This document shows positions 33,290-41,267 of a stretch of DNA of 41,267 nucleotides, one piece after another (the stretch's first letter is position 1; each line of letters opens with the position of its first letter). Location: assembly GCF_004010195.1 (NCBI RefSeq), contig NC_057760.1:1568963-1610229 (forward strand), given 5' to 3'. This DNA comes from Chiloscyllium plagiosum. Taxonomy: Eukaryota. The translations under genes and the position numbers were made by a program. Under the pieces are notes generated by a model. That model was not told the DNA's origin. It did no database searches and was given only the letters and a program-made list of their open reading frames with translations.

Positions 33290-34255
33290 AGATCAGAGAC
33301 AGAGGTGGAGGGTTGCTTTTCAGACTGGAGGCCTGTGACCAGTGGAGCGCCACAAGGATCAGTGCTGGGTCCACTGCTTTTCATCATTTATATAAATTAT
33401 TTGGATGTGAGCATAAGAGGTATAGTTAGTAAGTTTGCAGATAACACCAAAATGGGAGGTGTAGCGGACAGCAAAGAAGGTTACCTCAGATTACAACAGG
33501 ATCTTTCCAGATGGGCCAATGGGCTGAGGAGTGGCAGATGGAGTTTAACTTAGATAAATGTGAGGTGCTGCATTTTGGGAAAGCAAATCAGGGCAGGACT
33601 TAATGGTAAGGTGCTGGGGAGTGTTGCTGAGCAAAGAGACTTTGAAGTGCAGGTTCATAGCTCCTTGAAAGTGGAGTCGCAGGTAATAGAATAGTGAAGA
33701 AGGCGTTTGGTATGCTTTCCTTTATTGGTCAGAGCATTGAGTCCAGGAGTTGGGAGGTCATGTTGCGGCTGTACAGGACGTTGGTTGGGCCACTGTTGGA
33801 ATATTGTGTGCAATTCAGTTCTCCTTCCAGTCGGAAAGGTGTTGTGGAATTGGAAAAGGTTCAGAAACGATTTACAAGGATGTTGCCAGATTCAGAGGAT
33901 TTGAGCTATAGGGAGAGGCTGCATAGGCTGGGGCTATTTTCCCTGGAGTGTCAGAGGCTGAGGAGTGATCTTATAGAGGTTTGTAAAATCAAGAGGGGCA
34001 TGGATAGGATAAATAGGCAAGGTCTTTTCCCTGGGGTGGGGGAGTCCAGAGCTAGAGGGGCATAGGTTTAGGGTGAGAGGGGAAAGATATAAAAGAGACC
34101 TAAGGGGTAACTTTTTCACACAGAGGGTGGTACGTGTATGGAATGAGCTGCCAGAGGAAGTGGTGGAGGCCGGTACAATGACAGCATTTAAAAGGCATCT
34201 GGATGGGGACATGAATAGGAAGGGTTTGGAGGGATATGAGCCAAGTGCTGGCAAT
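33290..34255 (+). mobile_element. CR1/HER1-type LINE, ~1 kb 3' fragment (frameshifted)
   Basis: VTSGAPQGSVLGPLLFIIYIN...SKFADNTK RT motifs through RGNFFTQRVVRVWNELP; preceded by a SINE head at 33108-33185. Confidence 0.95.
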
Positions 34256-34281
34256 TTCTGGCTGTAACAGGCTGCTCCTTT

Positions 34282-34781
34282 NNNNNNNNNNNNNNNNNNN
34301 NNNNNNNNNNNNNNNNNNNNNNNNNNNNNNNNNNNNNNNNNNNNNNNNNNNNNNNNNNNNNNNNNNNNNNNNNNNNNNNNNNNNNNNNNNNNNNNNNNNN
34401 NNNNNNNNNNNNNNNNNNNNNNNNNNNNNNNNNNNNNNNNNNNNNNNNNNNNNNNNNNNNNNNNNNNNNNNNNNNNNNNNNNNNNNNNNNNNNNNNNNNN
34501 NNNNNNNNNNNNNNNNNNNNNNNNNNNNNNNNNNNNNNNNNNNNNNNNNNNNNNNNNNNNNNNNNNNNNNNNNNNNNNNNNNNNNNNNNNNNNNNNNNNN
34601 NNNNNNNNNNNNNNNNNNNNNNNNNNNNNNNNNNNNNNNNNNNNNNNNNNNNNNNNNNNNNNNNNNNNNNNNNNNNNNNNNNNNNNNNNNNNNNNNNNNN
34701 NNNNNNNNNNNNNNNNNNNNNNNNNNNNNNNNNNNNNNNNNNNNNNNNNNNNNNNNNNNNNNNNNNNNNNNNNNNNNNNNN
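34282..34781. other. Assembly gap, exactly 500 N
   Basis: Round-number N run typical of an unsized scaffold join. Confidence 0.95.
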
Positions 34782-35944
34782 CGACCCTGTCGATATTTAC
34801 AAGAGCTGGGTGAACCAGATGGAGACTGAAACTGGGCAGAGAAGGTAAAGGTTGGAACGGTGTGTCAGCGGGTGGGGGCAGGGATCACCATGACATAGGT
34901 CCCTCCCGTCTGGCGAAGTGGAATCACTTCCTGCCCCCCAAGGGTTGCAGGCATTGCTGTACCTGCTCTTGTCCTGTGCTCCCTTGTGGGCATTTGGCAA
35001 AGACCCAGATCAGGCTGGGCTGTGGGTCCCTCCCCAGTTTTTGAGACAAATTCTCAAACTCACACAGGGCAAAAGGAGTTTGCCTATGCTAGAAATCACA
35101 CAGGGCGGAGAGTGTATCTTTGACATCTAATATTCCTAAGGTAATTGGTATCTATTATTGGCCACTCAACCCCTACTCCTGATAGCAAATCTCTGCAGCA
35201 ATGTAGTAATCGTGGAATGTTTAGTCCCATTGCCAGTGGCTTTGTATCCACCACTGTGCTGGTGTGTCGCTTGCTCCATTCTCCTCAGGCTTGAGGGTGG
35301 GTAGGATCAGTGCCCACCCCCAGTCAGCAGATTCTTTGATCTGAAGCAAATCTCTTTCTAATTACACGGCTTCAGGTTACGTGCATGTGTGGCAAGGTGA
35401 TTTAGAAACCAATTAAAATTGGGGAGGGTAGGGAGAATTGATGAGGTGTCTGGTTTTAAATCTAACCAGGTTTGTCCTGCACATTTAGCTCTAGGCCTGC
35501 TGTTTTGAATTCTGTACCAGACTTCACTCTCAACTCCTGGTTTGAAGAGAATCAAATGTTTTTTTTCGGCTTACAGGGCCTTCTGTACTGTTCACTGAAG
35601 AATGTTAAGGCAATAAATTTGTTCCGAATGCTGCTCTCCTGTTCTCACTGAAGCTCGCAAGGCTTCAGTCTCCAGCTGATACTTTATTGAATACCTTTTC
35701 TTCCAGGTTAGCACTGGGCTATCTGGCTGCCACTGAATTCATCTCTTAAGCTCTCTCCTTTGTCTCAGTTAACATCTGCGTGCGAGTAAGCAGGAGCCTT
35801 CAGGTTCCAGTTGTGGGGTGTCGGAAAATCTGTGGCCTGTGGCCGCCTCCAACCAAACCATTGAGGCAGGCGCCTTCTGATCTGTATCTCACGATGATCA
35901 ACAGCATTAACCTTCGTTGAATTTCTCTCCCCATCCCTACCCTC

Positions 35945-36535
35945 AAAGTCAACATGCTGGAGCTTACCATTGACCAGGCACCAGCCATTTCAATACAATT
36001 GCAAGAGCAGGTCTGTGGCTGTGAATTCTGTGGAGACTAACTCTTCTTTGGTCTCCCAAAAGCTGGTCCACTGTTGGCAAAGCACAAGTCAGGAGTGTGA
36101 TAGAATATTCTGCACTTGCCTGGATGGGTGCAGCTCCAACAACACTGGAGAAGCTCGACGCCACCCTGGACAAAGCAACTTGCTCGATTGGCACCACATC
36201 CACAAGCACTCGCTCCCTCCCCCACTGATGCTCAGTAGCAGCAGTGCGTACCATTGACAAGCCAGGCTGCAACGTCAGTGGCACTCCTTGAACCCGTGAC
36301 CACTTTCATTTGGGGCAAAGCTAGTAGACATGGGAAGATCACTGTCTGCAAATTCTTGGGACTTTCACTGGGTCAAAATCTCGGAACACTCCCTCTTTAA
36401 CATCACTGAGTGTCCCTATGCATGGACTGTGGTGGTACAAGAAGGCAGCTCACCACAGCCTTCTCAAGGGGCAATTAGGGATGAGCAACAAATGCTGACC
36501 CAGTCAGCAATGCTCATGTCACAAGATTGGATAAT
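35945..36535 (+). mobile_element. Second LINE family, 3' fragment
   Basis: Frame reads KAQVRSVIEYSALAWMGAAPTTLEKLD; tail cttctcaaggggcaattagggatg; a minus-strand piece lies at ~37000-37235. Confidence 0.8.
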
Positions 36536-37517
36536 AAAAGCACCACAAGCTGAATGCTGATTTGCTTTGCTTTTTCCTTTTAAACATAAGGGTTGTAGAA
36601 CTTTGTCAAAGGACTTCACCTCTAAAACAGTACTCAAACATAATTCTTTCATGTTGTGACCTCGTTGATTCTTTAACCAGGTATTTATTTCAAGCAGGGC
36701 CTGTCATTCTTCCATATCTCTGGTGCTAATTCCAAATCTTGGAACAACTCTGGCTTACTAGCTCTTTCTCTTAACAAATTCCATTTTTCATAAAAAAAAA
36801 TTCTCTTTCAAAATTCACTTTGTCAGTCAAGTCCAAAAATTGCCACCTCCTAAGCCTTTTTCCCATGGCTTGGGTGTTATGTTCCCTTTTAAATTGTTTT
36901 ATGTTATAAACAGTCGCCTGTCATCCCTACAGGGCTCCCACCGGCTGCCCAGACCTGCGCATCAATTTGCAGTCCGGTGAGTGAACAGACATTTGGGGAA
37001 CTGGGGAGTGCTTTATCCCAGATGGTGCTGAGCTTCTCAAGTGTTGTTGGAGCCAGGCAAGTGGGGATTATTCCATCGCACTCCTGACTTGTGGCTTGTC
37101 GATGGTGAACAGGCTTTAGGGGAGTCAGGTGGTGAGATACTCACTGCAGGATTCCCAGCCTCTGCCTGTTCTTGCTGCCGTAGTATTTATATGGCTGTGT
37201 CCAGTTCAGCTTCTGGTCAATGGTAACTTCCTGGGATTATGGATCTGGCTGTCGTTGTATTTATCTCTCGTGAATGCACGTATTGAGACTGGCAAACCGT
37301 TCTCCTTATCGGTGTCTGTCTGTCGATTTTATACGCGTCAAAGTCTGTGCAGGGCTGTACCATTTCAAAGTGTGGCCATATCTTTTGTGCAAAGGAACTC
37401 AAAACTTTGCAGCAGATTTATCAGAATAAAACTGTGCTTGCGATCGTGAACTCCCAAGACCACTTTAGCTTCACCTGTCTCTAGCACTGAGTTCTGTAAA
37501 TTGAGACGGCAAGACAT

Positions 37518-38058
37518 GTGTTGCGTGCAGTTCTGGCCTCCTTCCTATCGGAAAGATGTTGTGAAACTTGAAAGGGTTCAGAAAAGATTTACAAGGATGT
37601 TGCCAGAGTTGGAGGGTTTGAGCTATAGGGAGAGGCTGGAAGGCTGGGGGCTGTTTTCCCTGGAGCGTCGGAGGCTGAGGGGTGACCTTATAGAGGTTTA
37701 TAAAATCATGATAGGCATGGATAGGATAAATAGACAAAATCTTTTCCCTGGGATCGGGGAGTCCAGAGCTGGAGGGCATAGGTTTAGGGTGAGAGGGGAA
37801 AGATATAAAAGGGACCTACGGGGCAACATTTTCACACAGCGAGGGTGGTACGTGTATGAGCTGCCAGAGGAAGTGGTGGAGGCTGGTATAATGTCAACAT
37901 TTAAAAGGCATTTGCATGGGTACATGTGTAGGAAGGATTTGGAGGGATATGGTCCAGGTGCTGGCAAGTGGTACGAGATTGGATTGGAATATCTGGTCGG
38001 CATGGACAGGTTGGACTGAAGGGTCTGTTCCCGTGCTGTACATCTCTATGACTCTATG
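37518..38058 (+). mobile_element. CR1/HER1-type LINE 3' fragment
   Basis: CVQFW...LERVQKRFTRMLP...RRRLRGDLIEVYKIM and tail ctctatgactctatg. Confidence 0.95.
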
Positions 38059-38118
38059 TCAAAAACAAGCAATTGATTTTCTCTTTCCCTCTTTCTCTCC
38101 CTCTCCTTCCCACTTCAG

Positions 38119-38259
38119 CAAATTGCCATATGAGGTGACTCCAGAGCAAGCCCTGACCCACCATGAGGTCCAGCGAAGGTTGGACATATCCATTCGCAAT
38201 CTCCGGGCTGCTACTGACAAATTCCTCTCTGCCATTATCTCCGGCGTGGACAAAATACC
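38119..38259 (+). CDS. IQGAP3: IQGAP3 internal exon (RasGAP-related domain)
   Basis: Long polypyrimidine tract plus ttcAG at 38117-38118; (S)KLPYEVTPEQALTHHEVQRRLDISIRNLRAATDKFLSAIISGVDKI(P); donor CC|gtacgt. EVQRRLDI favours IQGAP3 over IQGAP1/2, and IQGAP3 lies near ZBTB7B on human 1q. Confidence 0.88.
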
Positions 38260-38587
38260 GTACGTACTCTGAAGCTTTCTCCAAGCATATTTGGCATGGC
38301 CTCAACCTTACATGTGGTTGTGGATGTTGTCAGTCAGAGGTCAGTGTCTCATGGTTGCTTGTCATGACTCCTCCATAACTTGAAAAGAGAGTCAGCATTT
38401 CTCTTAACACTTGCAAATCTCAAAATGCCCCACAGAATTGTTATGGTGCAGCTCAACTTGGTTGTTTGAGCTGTCTGAATGATCATCGTGTCTTAGTGCC
38501 ATTCTCCAGCCTTTTTCCCCAGAACCCTGCCCGTTATATCTACTTAAATAATCACCCATTGCCCTCTTTTGATGGTGAATGATACAA

Positions 38588-39125
38588 TAGAATCATAGAA
38601 TTTCACAGTGCAGAAGGAGGTCATTCGACCCATTGTGTCTGAAATGGTTCTCAAAAGAGCAACCCTGCTAATTCCACTCTCCAGCCCCATCTCTGTAGCC
38701 CACTAATTTCACCATCTTTCAAATATATATTCCACTCCCTTTTAAAATCTCCCAGTGGAATCCATCTCCCCCGCTTTTCTGGGCAGCGCATTCCAAATCC
38801 TAACAATTCTTCTCCTATTACTCCGAGCTCTCGTGCTAACAATTTTGAAACTGCTATCACCAGTTACTGACATATTAACTAGTGGGAACAGAATCTCCTC
38901 CTTTACATTGTCAAAATTGTTCATAATTTTACACACCTCAATAAGATCTCCTCTTAATCTTCTCCCCTTCAAGGATAATAAACCCAATTCCTCTGTTGTT
39001 TCCTGGTATCTAAAATCTCTCCTGCTGTATAATTCTGGTAAATCTCCTTTGAACTCTCTCCTGGGCTTTAACATCCTCCCTTAAATAAAGTGCCCAGTAT
39101 TGATCTTCCAAATGTGGTCTGACCA
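38588..39125 (-). mobile_element. Older CR1-type LINE 3' fragment
   Basis: LGLLSLKGRRLRGDLIEVCKIMNNFD...VRIWNALP on the minus strand. Confidence 0.85.
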
Positions 39126-39558
39126 ATGATTTGCAGAATGGCCTTTATTCATCGGGGAATAGAAGCCAAGAATAAGGAATTTATGCTAATTACGTATTTT
39201 TAACAAAAGGTCCAGCCTCAACTGGAGTAATGCATCCAATTCTGGCACCACATACAAAGGAAGATGTGAAAGTAGTAGAGAGTGCCAGCTTGGGAAGGAT
39301 GGCTCGTGTGTGTGCGTGTGCTGACACAGGCGGGAAGTTAGTGTGTGGGGAAGGGGGGGGTGGTCATGCTGATTGGCTCAAGTCCTACTGTAAATGATAT
39401 TGATCAAATTTCTCACAGCTCAATTGCATTGTGGGTCCCAATGATTTACTGATTTTAAACGGGAACATTGTTAAACTGGGAAACGTTAAATGTGAACTTG
39501 CTGTTTTTATGATGTGTAGTTGCTATTGGAGGAAACTTATTAAACAACCATCCGCTGC

Positions 39559-39880
39559 ATAGAATCCCTACAGTGTGGAAACAGGCCATTTGTCTAATAC
39601 GTCAACACCAACTCTCTGCAGAGGAACCCAGCCAGACCCATTCCCCTACCCTACCGCTCTACATTTACCCCTGACCTACATATCCCTCCGCACCATGCGA
39701 TAATTTAGCAATTCACCCTAACTTGCACATCTTTGGACTGTGGGAGAAAACCAGAGCATCCAGAGAAAACTCATGCAGACGCAGGGAGAATGTGCAAACT
39801 CCACACAGACAGTCGTCAGATGCTGGAATTGAACCCAGATCCCTGGCGCTGTGAGGCTGCAGTGCTAACCACTGAGCCAC
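39559..39880 (-). mobile_element. HE1-type SINE, near full length
   Basis: gtggctcagtggttagcactgcagcctcacagcgccaggga head, V-domain and tagaatccctacagtgtggaaacaggcc tail. Confidence 0.9.
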
Positions 39881-40139
39881 ACAATAATGAAAAGTAACCT
39901 CCCTTTTCTTAGTAATGTTGATTTGATGGACAGACAGTGGTGCAAGATGCTGAACGCAGCTGTGACTGCTTCACAACCCTAGCTCTTGGGTGCAATTGCA
40001 ACATTTAAAAGATATTTTAGACAGCTACATAGATAGGAAAGGTTTTGATGGATACAGGCCAAATGCAGGCAAATGAAACTAGTTCGGTTCAGGAAACCAG
40101 GTCAGCACGGATGAGTTGGGCCAAAGGGTCTGTTTCTGT

Positions 40140-40353
40140 GGATAAAAGCAAATTACTGTGGATGCTGGAATCTGAAACCAAAAGAGAAAATGCTGGAAAA
40201 TATCAGCAGGTCTGTAAGGAGAGAAAAGAGCTGACGTTTTGAGTCTAACTGACCCTTTTGTCGAAGGGTCAGTTAGACTTGAAATGTCAGCTCTTTTCTC
40301 TCCTTACAGATGCTGCCAGACCTTTTTGAGATTTTCCAGCATTTTCTCTTTTG
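40140..40353. mobile_element. Fold-back Penelope-derived element with 14-bp TSD, inserted in a CR1 tail
   Basis: gggtctgtttctgt at 40126-40139 and 40354-40367; arms ~40178-40258 and 40264-40353 are reverse-complementary. Confidence 0.8.
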
Positions 40354-40885
40354 GGGTCTGTTTCTGTACTGAATGATCCTGCTGAGTCACCTAGATCAGC
40401 TGCAGTTAACGTTGGGGGGTGATTCTCAAATTAGATGAACCAAGCCCCACTCAGTCGGCTCTGAATTGTTGCCCACTGGCTCAGGCTTCAGTCCCATGGA
40501 GTAGATTGTTGCTACATGTCAGAAGAGCTCACCAACTAATTGGCCATGTGAGCAGAGGTATCAAGTGTCAATCTCCAGTAGTGGGAGTCAATGTACTCGT
40601 TTGCAGAGGGTTGTGAGATTAAAGATTCTTCTCCACGCTGTTTCCCATGTCTGCAAAAGAAGGAGGTTAATGGCTTTTTTTAAATGCAGGAAAATCTGGA
40701 GCTGACTCAGACTAACAGTCAAAAAAAAAGAGGAATCGCACATATAATCGATGGGGAGGAAAACATGCAGGGTTGGAGGGGAGATGAGTTGGAGAGCCAG
40801 TGTATGCTCGATGGGCCAAATGGTTGCCTGCTGTGCGAGGAGATCCTATGAGAACCTAATATTCGTCATCTTGTTCCAAGTGCAG

Positions 40886-40970
40886 GTACGGAATGCGGTA
40901 CACTGCCAAAGTGTTGAAAAGCTCGCTGCATGAGAAGTTCCCGGGTGCCACTGAAGCTGAATTGTTAAAG
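40886..40970 (+). CDS. IQGAP3: IQGAP3 next internal exon
   Basis: tgcAG|G TAC GGA ATG CGG ... TTA AAG|gtaagc; CC+G=Pro continues the frame; YGMRYTAKVLKSSLHEKFPGATEAELLK is the typical IQGAP GRD continuation. Confidence 0.9.
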
Positions 40971-41267
40971 GTAAGCTTTAACTGATGGATGTGGAATTTC
41001 TATGTCTGTCTCTCACATCATGCTCTTCTTGCCCCCCACATCCACCACCACAACCACAAGCTCTCCCACTTTGTCTCTTTCTTCTTCACCCCCTCTCGCA
41101 CTCCCGTCTCTTTACCTCTCTCTTTTCTTTCTCTCTTGCTCTCGTGCTCTCTCTCACTCTGTTGCATTAATACCATGGGTGCAGCATTGTGACATGTTTA
41201 CTAGAAGAGTCCGTCTCTGCACCACCATTAACACCTCTCCCCCCAACATCTGCCCCATTAACACCAC

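Noticed and set aside
35795..35880. VAASNQTIEAG segment resembling IQGAP N-terminal repeats
   Set aside because: Short, followed by an in-frame stop, and no convincing splice sites.

Overview
Eukaryotic, repeat-rich genomic DNA. The repeat families (HE1-type tRNA/V-SINEs, CR1/HER1-type LINEs, Deu-domain SINEs, Penelope-derived palindromes, shark-type satellites) point to a cartilaginous fish, probably a shark; this is inferred, not database-checked. Three spliced genes can be read directly. (1) ZBTB7B/ThPOK on +: complete CDS in two exons (18474-19534, 21810-22860; 703 aa; BTB plus four C2H2 fingers), ending in an unusual tail of 12+ tandem 17-aa repeats with seven psi-K-x-E SUMO consensus motifs. 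(2) The last three exons of DCST2 on - (32642-32735, 31384-31644, 26952-27288), tail-to-tail with ZBTB7B as in mammals. (3) Two internal exons of IQGAP3 on + (38119-38259, 40886-40970). Both DCST2 and IQGAP3 lack their 5' parts, on opposite sides of a 500-N gap, which suggests a scaffolding mis-join or a rearrangement. The strongest non-coding signal is a set of small Penelope-derived, mostly fold-back elements, several with 10-14 bp target-site duplications, carrying minimal hammerhead ribozyme cores; the intact cores lie antisense to the host or neighbouring gene. Most other ORFs in the supplied track are repeat-derived or spurious. Repeat boundaries are approximate.
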